A stretch of DNA of 64,000 bases from assembly GCA_965267575.1 (NCBI GenBank), contig OZ254086.1:1760001-1824000 (forward strand). Direction: 5' to 3'. The position numbers and the translations under genes are program-made. This DNA comes from Calditrichales bacterium (lineage in GTDB: Bacteria > Calditrichota > Calditrichia > Calditrichales > J004). Each line of letters starts with the position of its first letter. Position 1 is the first letter of the stretch. Below the pieces are notes generated by a model. It saw nothing but the letters and a program-made list of their open reading frames with translations. It did no database searches and was not told the DNA's origin. Positions 30,101-37,996 of the stretch are shown here, in pieces.

Positions 30101-30726
30101 ACCTTGGCTACTTTGAAAGCGATTACCGCCGTTTCGCCCAGGCCGGTGAAGAGGGTGAACAGCTTGACAGCCTGCTTAAAGGAAAAGTCGTTCACCGCTT
30201 TCTGGAATTGCAGGGCCGCGATGGCGCTGACGCGGCCACACTGACCGAGCGTGTTCTGTTTGAGTATGAGATTTTTGACAACGCTATCCGCCGGACACTA
30301 ACGGAAGAGCTGGGCGAGCTTTATGCCCGCATGCGCCAATCGCCGACGGGGCAATCGGTGTTGCAGGCCAAAACGTACCGCAATGAAATCCCGGTAACCA
30401 TGCGCCTGGGTGAAGACTACTTTACCGGTACGCTGGACCGGCTGCAGCAAAACGCCGACGGCCACTGGGAAGTGATCGATTATAAGACGAACAGGGTAAA
30501 AGCGTACGACGTCGAGCAAGAGGGCACCCAATATGATGTGCAAATGGAGGCTTACGCGTTGCTGCTTTCGCGGCTTTACCCGCAGCAACCGCATTATGAT
30601 GTAAAGCTCTTTTTTCTGGTGCCGGACCGTCTTTACCAAAAGCGCTTTGACAAAGCCGCAATCGGGGGGATTGAGCGACGCTTTGCGCAGTTGATTGATG
30701 CGATAAAGAAGCGCTATCCGCTATAA
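27190..30726 (+). CDS. addA: AddA-like UvrD helicase-nuclease
   Basis: AGAGSGKT, DEFQD, VGDPKQSIYGFR, TIHTSKGLQF and YVGLTRA motifs; C-terminal LDRL...IDYKT nuclease. Confidence 0.88.
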   Translation: MQLTPSQQQALALDKNISVTAGAGSGKTRILVERFLKIVLQDPQLTRRVAAITFTEKAAGEMQERVALEVNNRLKNDSITAAERQKLQIIRDQLKSAYISTIHGFCKRLLSEFPLEAGIVPDFGVLDPIRQQILIQTAINNVFRDLDESEPGDELFRLFLSLPRMRIRAMLQKGLEQPWEMRQIGERFEAWGEEGFMAFLQNEWGDWFAGVAGKDDLQEAARRVEAILRGDRQANKRDKGDLALAALENFARHAQSLSSNETLKDFIALCDVFTTGQQTPYKNLSQLGTNSSWSSNVHNDIKELSAFLAPFAERLNNEKMGDPPGEDDRSFYRLFTIYLRLQQMCDEAYAGLKKDMAVLDFEDLQIKANELLEKNEAVRAVFEDRFRYIMVDEFQDTNQLQWQIVQWLAGGQNAFAADKVFIVGDPKQSIYGFRNADVRVFRDVRDFFAQQAGLLVGYEGDIIFAESFRFVPRLNAFINFLFKRVLQQDRDNSYAVAYEALKASRAVDATDEAELAVFSESNPEYNEADYIATRIAALFANGEQVNDPRNAENPRPLRYGDVAILLRDRSHLGQVEQALRRREIPFKTVGGIGFWQRQEIYDFYHILRFLANPADDLALVALLRSRLFLIPDNAVYGLAGEKGFGYWEKLQNVAQSDRYAAEDKALLTTAAAKIGMWLELRERLSLADMLARILEETALNALLHAEFSGDQRAANLQKVIELADALEQSGPGGLRALLDTIDNLINREVSEAEAFLALDDLYSVKIMTIHTSKGLQFPVVFVPYLNRSRMGGNADILLDADLGMAFSLRNIDNDYHKDSRSEGVFYRLVKRRQQQKDEAEARRVFYVGLTRASDRLFLSATIKDKPKEGSAFDWLAAAAGQIGFEPGETGVFQGGDFTLRVVDSYDNGTREEQEISSFSAMMKQLEKVSQADVAQDDLLKPIPAEVHGRTFSATALMTFAKDPDEYYRRYHLGYFESDYRRFAQAGEEGEQLDSLLKGKVVHRFLELQGRDGADAATLTERVLFEYEIFDNAIRRTLTEELGELYARMRQSPTGQSVLQAKTYRNEIPVTMRLGEDYFTGTLDRLQQNADGHWEVIDYKTNRVKAYDVEQEGTQYDVQMEAYALLLSRLYPQQPHYDVKLFFLVPDRLYQKRFDKAAIGGIERRFAQLIDAIKKRYPL

Positions 30727-30794
30727 ATTGCGTGTATGAAACTGATGAATGATCGGATCTGCCAGCCGGAGCAGAAGAAACCTGGGGAGGCATT

Positions 30795-31724
30795 ATGAAA
30801 AATGTGCTAATGCTGATTGTTTTATCCGTGGTCTGTGCTGTTCCGGTATCCGGGCAGGAGTGGCAAACGGTTACATCCCGCGAGGGCCACTTCAACGCTC
30901 TGTTTCCCGGAGCGCCGGAGATCCAAACATCGCTGGTGGAAAACGAAGAAAATGATATGATCGTTCATTCGCTGATCCTGGAGCAGGGTCCGCGTGCCTT
31001 TGCCGTGCACTACACCGATTACCCGGTGAGCATGCTGCACAACGCCAACATCGATACGTTCATGTATAACGTGCGTGAAGGGGTTTTGGAGAGTGTGAAC
31101 GGCACGCTGCTATCGGAAGAATCGTTTGTGGCCGATACGGTGTTTAGCGGCCGCAGCTATCGCATCGACCTGCCCGAAGGCAACATGATGCGCATGCGGC
31201 TGATCCTGGTGCGCCAGCGGCTTTTTCAGATCCTTGCCGCCATGCCCGCGGATGATGGCTATTCGCCGGAGATAATACGCTTCATGGATTCCGTTGACAT
31301 CGAATATGAAAAAGTGCAGCCCTACATTCCGCGTATGCTGGATTCACTGGAATACACCTATGACGTGGACGAGAACGGCCGCTACCAATTAACGCTCGGT
31401 TTTGATGATGAGCGTTCTCAGCTTCTCTATATTTCACCCACCGTCTCCGCTTATACCCGGCGCGAAGTATATGACATCTGGTCGTACGCGCTGGTAACGC
31501 AGGACAGCCTTAAGCGGGATTTACTTACATCGCTGATGAAAGAAAACGGCACAATGGACGGACCGCGGTTTCAGCTATATGAGTCGGAGGGTGTGTTTTA
31601 CGTTGTCTTCAGCGCCATCGCCGAGGAGAGTCACAACGCGGATACCTTTACCAGGTTATTGCATGATGTGGCAATCATATCGGATGACTTTGAAGAGCAG
31701 CTTATGGGCGGGGATGATTATTAG
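30795..31724 (+). CDS. Hypothetical exported two-domain protein
   Basis: GGAGG ribosome-binding site, signal peptide, 309 aa. Confidence 0.75.
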   Translation: MKNVLMLIVLSVVCAVPVSGQEWQTVTSREGHFNALFPGAPEIQTSLVENEENDMIVHSLILEQGPRAFAVHYTDYPVSMLHNANIDTFMYNVREGVLESVNGTLLSEESFVADTVFSGRSYRIDLPEGNMMRMRLILVRQRLFQILAAMPADDGYSPEIIRFMDSVDIEYEKVQPYIPRMLDSLEYTYDVDENGRYQLTLGFDDERSQLLYISPTVSAYTRREVYDIWSYALVTQDSLKRDLLTSLMKENGTMDGPRFQLYESEGVFYVVFSAIAEESHNADTFTRLLHDVAIISDDFEEQLMGGDDY

Positions 31725-31734
31725 TGCAGTGCCT

Positions 31735-31834
31735 AAATTCCAAATAATAAATTTCAAATCTCAAAGAATATGGCTGTTATATCCAATGCCTTATGTTTGT
31801 GTTTTGGAATTTGGGTTTTGTTTTTTGGGGCTTG
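31735..31834. repeat. Inverted pair of heptamer arrays
   Basis: AAATTCC AAATAAT AAATTTC AAATCTC ... ATGTTTG TGTTTTG GAATTTG GGTTTTG TTTTTTG GGGCTTG. Confidence 0.7.
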
Positions 31835-31840
31835 TCCAGG

Positions 31841-33031
31841 TTAGGAACGTGGCGCACGGTTAAAGCTGTTTTTGCTGCCGGCGACAAATTTTTTCCAGGC
31901 CAGCGGAAGGATCGCTGCCAGTAATGCCGCGCTGAACAGGGCCGGCGCACCCGTGCCGATAGTTTCCATCAGAAAACCGCCCGCGGCCGGCGCCACGACG
32001 CGCGTGAGACTGTCCAGCGACATGGAGATACCCAGAATCCCGCCGATCTCATCATCTTCCACGGTTTTGGTCAGCGAGCTTGAAACGATCGTTCGGAACA
32101 CGCCGCTGGCCAGGGTTAACGGAATCATTACAAGCACAACAAGCAGGACAGTGGAAGAATAGGCCCAGCCGGTCAGCGCCAATACCATCATGATAATGGA
32201 ATAGAAAATCAGCGGGCCGTCGCGGAAGACGCGTACCAGCCGTTCAATAACTATCCCCTGAACCAGCACGATAAGAAAACCGGCATAGGCCAGCAGGTAG
32301 CCGGTCTGGTCGGCATTAAGCAGAAGCTCTTTTTGGGCAAACAGGGCAAAAATGGTTGTAAACGTGGAAAAGGCCAGGCTAAACATAAAACGTACGGAGA
32401 GCAGTGTTGTGATGAATGGGCGACGTAGCGCATGGCGCATGGAAGAGAGCGAAATGGCAGCGATTGTGCTTTTGCCGCTGCCCTTGCTTTCGGGCAGCCA
32501 CATATAAACGGCAAAGGTGTTGAGCAGGCTGAGCATGGCGGCTGCATAAGCTGGCGCTTCGTAGCCCAGCGGCGCCAGCACGCCGCCCATGGCCGGACCG
32601 ATAATAAAACCCAAACCCAGCGCCGCACCGAGACGCCCCAACCCCGTGGCCCTGTCATGTTCGCCGGTGATGTCGGCCACGTAGGCCTGGATCACGGAGC
32701 CGTTGCCCATCATTAGGCCGGACGCGATACGGCTTATAAACAACACGGTCAGGTTTTCAGCCCAGGCAAAGATCACAAAAGCGACAGCGTTGCCCAGGAT
32801 AGTCCATATCAGCACCGGGCGGCGACCAAAACGATCGGACAAGCGCCCCAAAAACGGTGATGCCAGCAATTGCGCCGCCGGATAGCTGGCAATTAACAGA
32901 CCTATCTGGCCGGCATCCGCGCCAAACGTGTCGGCGTAAAAAGGCAGCAGCGGAATGATTATGCCGAAACCGATCAGGTTTAGAAAGGCAACAATAAATA
33001 TGGTCGTTAGGCGGCTGGTACTGATATGCAT
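31841..33031 (-). CDS. MFS transporter (TetA/DHA1-like)
   Basis: GRLSDRFGRRP motif A, GFIIGPAMGG motif C, about 12 transmembrane helices. Confidence 0.9.
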   Translation of the reverse strand: MHISTSRLTTIFIVAFLNLIGFGIIIPLLPFYADTFGADAGQIGLLIASYPAAQLLASPFLGRLSDRFGRRPVLIWTILGNAVAFVIFAWAENLTVLFISRIASGLMMGNGSVIQAYVADITGEHDRATGLGRLGAALGLGFIIGPAMGGVLAPLGYEAPAYAAAMLSLLNTFAVYMWLPESKGSGKSTIAAISLSSMRHALRRPFITTLLSVRFMFSLAFSTFTTIFALFAQKELLLNADQTGYLLAYAGFLIVLVQGIVIERLVRVFRDGPLIFYSIIMMVLALTGWAYSSTVLLVVLVMIPLTLASGVFRTIVSSSLTKTVEDDEIGGILGISMSLDSLTRVVAPAAGGFLMETIGTGAPALFSAALLAAILPLAWKKFVAGSKNSFNRAPRS

Positions 33032-33197
33032 TTTTTCCGGGTTAAATTTTTAAGGTGGCAAATGTAATAATAATTAGCGCTTCTCAAAAAAAGAACAGCT
33101 GAAAAAGCAATTTTTTAAATGATTGGCAAAATATCACTTAATAATGGTATATTGCGGCCCTTGTTTATTTTTACCTTATGGAGTACCCCTTTTGAAA

Positions 33198-33908
33198 ATG
33201 GAAGAAAGCAGTGAGTACGATATGGCCCAAGGCGTATGGTACCTTAAAAAATTTCGCATATTTAACAAGCTCAGCGAACAGGCGCTGGAGCAACTGCACA
33301 AAAGCACAACCGTGCGGCAGTTCAAAGCCAAAGAACTTATCGCTCTTTCCGATGAGGTCGAGCATCGCATTTATTTTCTGATCAAGGGCAAGGCGAAGAT
33401 TTCGCTTATTGACCCCAAGAGCGGCAAGGAACTGATATTATACTTGCTTAAGCCCGGCGATATTTTTGGTATCCTTAGCATGGCAGATGAGAATTATTCC
33501 GATGCCGTCGTACGGGCCCTGGAAAACTGCTCGGTCGGGTCCATCCCGGAGCATGATTTCCGGCGATTGATGGAAGCCAATCCCAACCTGCTTACCGCCG
33601 TCAACAAACTTGTGGGCATGCGCCTGGTTAAGATTCAGAACCGCCTCGAAGAACTGCTTTTCCGAGACGTTCCTTCGCGACTGGCGCGGCTGATACTGCG
33701 TCTTGCCGACGAGTTTCCTGTCGAACTGGCCGACGCGGTTAAAATCAACCTGCGCCTTACACAATCCGATATGGCCAACCTGATTGGTGCCACGCGTGAA
33801 ATTACCAGCCTGACGATCAACGAATTCAAGCGTGAAGGCTGGATCGCCATACGGCGCCGCTATATTTACGTCCACGATAAAAAAGCACTTCAGAAGCTGG
33901 CAGAATAG
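33198..33908 (+). CDS. Crp/Fnr family transcriptional regulator
   Basis: cNMP-binding domain (IYFLIKGKAKI...PGDIFG); HTH LTQSDMANLIGATREIT. Start 33198 or 33222. Confidence 0.9.
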   Translation: MEESSEYDMAQGVWYLKKFRIFNKLSEQALEQLHKSTTVRQFKAKELIALSDEVEHRIYFLIKGKAKISLIDPKSGKELILYLLKPGDIFGILSMADENYSDAVVRALENCSVGSIPEHDFRRLMEANPNLLTAVNKLVGMRLVKIQNRLEELLFRDVPSRLARLILRLADEFPVELADAVKINLRLTQSDMANLIGATREITSLTINEFKREGWIAIRRRYIYVHDKKALQKLAE

Positions 33909-33966
33909 CACTTCCTTTGTTAAGCCTTTAACAGCACTTATATGTGTGAAAAGCCATACTTGAGCT

Positions 33967-34614
33967 ATGGACAAAAGGCTTTCATTATATGACCAACTGG
34001 ACGGTGCCGAAACGGATGTTGTGCGCAAGGCGTTTATATTTGAACGCCTTAAAAGGAACCAGAAGCTAAATCTGGATTTTGCGCATCAACGCTATCTTTT
34101 TCTGGTCCAGGGCACACTCAAATTATTTCAGGTGGACAGGCGTAATAACCGTCGCCTTATTCGCGGCATGCTGCATCCGCCTGATTTATATTCAAGCGGT
34201 GCCCGACAAAACGCGGGCTTTACATATATAGAAGCCGTAGCTATTAACGATTGTATTCTTGCTTCCACGGATATATTGGTTTTCCGGCGCCTCTGCAAGG
34301 AAGGTTTTTTGGATCCGAAGCCCTGGATGCATGCTCTGCTTCGTTTTTTGTGGCGCCAGGACAACTACATTAACCACCTTCTTGAGAATGATAAACAAAG
34401 GAGGCTGGCACGTATCTTTATTCACTTTAGCCGCCAATTTGGAGACAGCCTGCCCGTAAGCCTGGATGATTTTGAGGCGATGATCGGTGAAAAAAACGAT
34501 GACGCGATTTTGAAAATATGGAATAGTTTTATTGAAAAAGGCTGGATAAAGCCTGTTGCGGACAAAATCTTGCTGCAAGATAAGGAACAAATATTACGCA
34601 TCTATGCCGGCTGA
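33967..34614 (+). CDS. Divergent Crp/Fnr-like protein
   Basis: LFLVQGTLKL beta-roll, RRLARIF C-helix end, degenerate HTH region, KGWI wing. Confidence 0.6.
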   Translation: MDKRLSLYDQLDGAETDVVRKAFIFERLKRNQKLNLDFAHQRYLFLVQGTLKLFQVDRRNNRRLIRGMLHPPDLYSSGARQNAGFTYIEAVAINDCILASTDILVFRRLCKEGFLDPKPWMHALLRFLWRQDNYINHLLENDKQRRLARIFIHFSRQFGDSLPVSLDDFEAMIGEKNDDAILKIWNSFIEKGWIKPVADKILLQDKEQILRIYAG

Positions 34615-34654
34615 TATAGCCGATAATATGAAGATATTAAGAAAGGAGATTTTC

Positions 34655-34948
34655 ATGTCAGAAAAGAAAGATGCTTACAGACAAAAGTATGAGTCGCAAT
34701 TAAAAGAGTGGGAAGCTCAGGCTGCTTTGCTTATGGCAAAAGCTGAAAACGCGGGCAGCGACGCGCGTGTAAAAATAATGGAAAAGCTGGACAAGCTGGA
34801 CAAGAAAAAGAGCGAATTACGTGATCAGCTTGATGCATTGAATAAAGCCGGAGAAGAAGCGGCGGATGACTTTAAGTCCAAATTGGAAAAATCCTGGAAC
34901 GAATTAAAGGACGGTTTGGATAAGGCCACAAAAGAACTAAAATCGTGA
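34655..34948 (+). CDS. Small coiled-coil protein (Sll1863-like stress family)
   Basis: KDAYRQKYESQLKEWEAQ...KSWNELK; AAGGAG ribosome-binding site. Confidence 0.75.
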   Translation: MSEKKDAYRQKYESQLKEWEAQAALLMAKAENAGSDARVKIMEKLDKLDKKKSELRDQLDALNKAGEEAADDFKSKLEKSWNELKDGLDKATKELKS

Positions 34949-34968
34949 CCAAACCTTATTGCTCTGGA

Positions 34969-34997
34969 TTGCGCAAAAATTGCTGATTGCGTATGTT
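34969..34997 (+). promoter_or_regulatory. Sigma70-like promoter
   Basis: TTGCGC-17 bp-TATGTT. Confidence 0.4.
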
Positions 34998-35025
34998 ACG
35001 CGTTCTTTAAATAACACGCGTAACT

Positions 35026-35766
35026 ATGAAACAGACAGTATTGCTGCTAACCTGCGAACATGGCGGCAATCGAATCCCAAACGAATATAAATATATTTTT
35101 CCCGCAGAAAGTGAAACTGTGCTTGAAAGCCACCGCGGCTGGGATCCCGGAACCCTCGCCCTGGGAAAATTCCTGGCCGGCCAGTTTCATGCCCCTCTTT
35201 TTGCCAGTGATATCTCCCGCCTGCTGGTGGACCTGAACCGTTCCACATGGCGCCGGACGCTTTTTTCGGAGTATGTGAAAGGTCGGCCCCAGCGTATTAA
35301 GAAGGATATCCTCGAACGCGTTTATTACCCCTATCAAACTAAAGTGGAAAACTTTGTGCAAGAAGCAATCTCAGGCGGGGAAAAAGTATGCCACCTGGCG
35401 CTTCATAGCTTTACGCCTGTTTTAAACGGGAAACAACGTAACGCGGATTTGGGCCTTTTGTATAACCCCGCCCGGGAAAATGAAAAACAGTTTGCGCGCC
35501 TGGCAAAAAAACAATCGAAAAATATTTTACCCGGTTGGAATGTACGCTTTAATTACCCCTACCTTGGCAAACCGGACGGCTTATGCGCACGGTTGCGTAA
35601 AAAACATTCTGATAACGATTACCTGGGCATTGAAATCGAGATAAACCAGAAATATGTTGAGCCGGATGGACGTTTTCCTGACGGGCTTAGTGATAAAGTG
35701 ACGCTAATGCTGGATAGGACGCGGAATAATTTTCGGTGGATTTGCCAGACGCGTAACTTATATTGA
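35026..35766 (+). CDS. N-formylglutamate amidohydrolase family protein
   Basis: TCEHGGN, HRGWDPG, SRLLVDLNRS, HSFTP and IEIEINQ motifs. Confidence 0.88.
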   Translation: MKQTVLLLTCEHGGNRIPNEYKYIFPAESETVLESHRGWDPGTLALGKFLAGQFHAPLFASDISRLLVDLNRSTWRRTLFSEYVKGRPQRIKKDILERVYYPYQTKVENFVQEAISGGEKVCHLALHSFTPVLNGKQRNADLGLLYNPARENEKQFARLAKKQSKNILPGWNVRFNYPYLGKPDGLCARLRKKHSDNDYLGIEIEINQKYVEPDGRFPDGLSDKVTLMLDRTRNNFRWICQTRNLY

Positions 35767-35807
35767 TAACCGGGCGTACAATCAGCAAAATCTAACAATG
35801 TGTGGTT

Positions 35808-36884
35808 ATGAAACAGCTTTTTTCCCTAATCTTAATATTCATTTTTTTTGGAACAGGCATGGGGCAAGATACACAGGCAAAAACCGGCAAGTTCAAGGCG
35901 CACCATACGCCCAATGGCTTTCGTAATCCGTTTAATACGTTTGAAGACAGGGGATTTAAAGATTTTATGCGTTGGGTGGTTTGGGACAGATTTATTAAGT
36001 CCGAAAATAAGGCTGACGCGGATTCCCTGGAATATAGTCTGTTACCAAATGATGGCAGTGCCCTGCGTGATAATGATGAGAATATGAGTGTGACCTGGAT
36101 TGGTCACTCAACGCTTTTGCTGCAAATCGACGGGCTTAATATTCTTACCGATCCGGTATGGAGTGAACGCGCATCACCCGTGAGTTGGGCCGGTCCCAGG
36201 CGTATGGTGGAACCGGGGCTTAAATGGGAGAATTTGCCTGATATTGATGTTGTGATCATCAGTCACGACCATTATGACCACCTGGATGAGGAGACAATCA
36301 AAAAAATTGGTGATGACGCTTTTTTCCTGGTGCCGCTGGGCGTGGGTAAGTTTTTCGAGAAGCTGGGCATTACCAACATGCAGGAGTTTGACTGGTGGAA
36401 TAGCATCACTTTCAACGGGGTCGAATTTGTATGTACGCCCACGCAGCATTTTTCCGGCAGAACATTGTTTGATCGTAACAGTACTTTATGGTGCAGCTGG
36501 GTGATTGTGGGTGAGCAGGAGCGTATTTATTTTGCCGGTGATTCCGGCTATTTCCCGGGCTTTAAGGAGATTGGTGAACGTTACGGCCCGTTTGACCTTG
36601 CAGCGATCCCGATTGGTGCCTATAAGCCACGCTGGTTTATGGAGCCGATGCATGTGGATCCTCGCCAGGCCGTTGATATTTATACGGATGTAAAAGCGCG
36701 CTATTTTGTTCCTATTCACTGGGGAACGTTCATTCTCAGCGATGAAGGGGTGAACGATCCGCCGCGCGAGCTGTTGCACGAAGTAGAAATCCGCAAACTG
36801 GATGCGGATTTATTTAAGATATTGCGTCACGGAGAAAGCTTTTTTCTCCCACAGCAGGAAAAGATGAAAAATATTACTTTTTAA
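35808..36884 (+). CDS. Exported MBL-fold hydrolase (NAPE-PLD/RomA-like)
   Basis: WIGHST, ISHDHYDHLD, QHFSGR, GDSGY, PIGAY and PIHWGTF motifs. Confidence 0.9.
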   Translation: MKQLFSLILIFIFFGTGMGQDTQAKTGKFKAHHTPNGFRNPFNTFEDRGFKDFMRWVVWDRFIKSENKADADSLEYSLLPNDGSALRDNDENMSVTWIGHSTLLLQIDGLNILTDPVWSERASPVSWAGPRRMVEPGLKWENLPDIDVVIISHDHYDHLDEETIKKIGDDAFFLVPLGVGKFFEKLGITNMQEFDWWNSITFNGVEFVCTPTQHFSGRTLFDRNSTLWCSWVIVGEQERIYFAGDSGYFPGFKEIGERYGPFDLAAIPIGAYKPRWFMEPMHVDPRQAVDIYTDVKARYFVPIHWGTFILSDEGVNDPPRELLHEVEIRKLDADLFKILRHGESFFLPQQEKMKNITF

Positions 36885-36916
36885 AAAGGAAAGGCCGCTA
36901 AAAGCGGCCTTTTTTT
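36885..36916. terminator. Intrinsic terminator, probably bidirectional
   Basis: AAAGGCCGCT-AAA-AGCGGCCTTT plus T-tract, between convergent genes. Confidence 0.85.
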
Positions 36917-36919
36917 ATT

Positions 36920-37915
36920 TCAAACCTCGAGAATATCATCCAGCTTTTTCAATTCATCTTCGCTGAAGCTAATATTATCATGTATGGCGTGGATCTCATC
37001 GATCTGTTTCACTTTGCTGGTACCGATTAATGCCGAGGTCACCTCTTTGTTGCGCAATGTCCAGGCAACTGCCATCTGCGCCAGGGACTGCCCGCGTTCG
37101 GCAGCATGGTCGTTCAGTTTCTTCACCACGCTCAGCTTCTTCTCGGTAATGCTTTCTTTCCTTAAAAAGCCGCTTTCCTTTGCTGCCCGTGAATCCTCCG
37201 GGATGCCCTTGAGATATTTATCGGTTAGCAGGCCCTGCTCCAGCGGTGAGAAAACAATGCAACCAATCCCCTCATCATCCAGCACGTGCAGCAGGCCGTC
37301 TTCCTCAATGCGTCTGTCGAACATGCTGTAGCGCGGCTGGTGGATAAAACAGGGTGTGCCCAGGTCTTTCAGTATGCCCGCGGCTTTGCGTGTATCCTCG
37401 GCGTTATAACTGGAAATTCCCACGTACAAAGCGCGTCCGCTGCGCACGATAAAATCCAGCGCGCCCATGGATTCCTCCAGCGGCGTTTCGGGGTCGGGCC
37501 GGTGGTGGTAGAAAATGTCGACATAATCCAGGCCCATGCGCTTCAGGCTCTGGTCGAGGCTGGAAACGAGATATTTGCGTGAGCCGAAATTGCCGTAGGG
37601 GCCGGGCCACATATCCCAGCCCGCCTTGCTGGAAATAACCAGCTCATCGCGCAGGCCGTGGAAGTCTGTCTTTAGTATGCGGCCGAAATTTTCTTCCGCG
37701 GAACCGGGGGGCGGGCCGTAGTTATTGGCCAGGTCAAAATGGGTGATGCCCAGGTCGAAGGCGCGGCGCAGCATGGCGCGGGCATTTTCCAACGTATCGA
37801 CGCCGCCAAAGTTGTGCCACAAACCGAGTGATACAATCGGCAATTTTATACCGCTTCTTCCGCAGCGCTTGTAGGTGGACTTTTCATAACGATCTATGGC
37901 AGGTAGATAGGACAT
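36920..37915 (-). CDS. gpr: L-glyceraldehyde 3-phosphate reductase (aldo/keto reductase, YghZ/MgrA type)
   Basis: SLGLWHNFG, FDLANNYGPPPGSAE and SRKYLVSSLDQSL motifs. Confidence 0.88.
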   Translation of the reverse strand: MSYLPAIDRYEKSTYKRCGRSGIKLPIVSLGLWHNFGGVDTLENARAMLRRAFDLGITHFDLANNYGPPPGSAEENFGRILKTDFHGLRDELVISSKAGWDMWPGPYGNFGSRKYLVSSLDQSLKRMGLDYVDIFYHHRPDPETPLEESMGALDFIVRSGRALYVGISSYNAEDTRKAAGILKDLGTPCFIHQPRYSMFDRRIEEDGLLHVLDDEGIGCIVFSPLEQGLLTDKYLKGIPEDSRAAKESGFLRKESITEKKLSVVKKLNDHAAERGQSLAQMAVAWTLRNKEVTSALIGTSKVKQIDEIHAIHDNISFSEDELKKLDDILEV

Positions 37916-37996
37916 GTTTTTCTCCGCTTTAATGTGGGTTTTAAATGGAAATGTACGGATTACCTCTTATGCAGACAATGTCTTTAACGGTCCTTT

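Noticed and set aside
30742..30781. CTGATGA...GAAAC resembling a hammerhead ribozyme core
   Set aside because: Stem II does not close directly between the conserved boxes, and flanking stems I and III are not evident.
31841..33031. Tetracycline resistance gene call
   Set aside because: Only generic DHA1 motifs; no tetR or mobile context, and the substrate cannot be determined.
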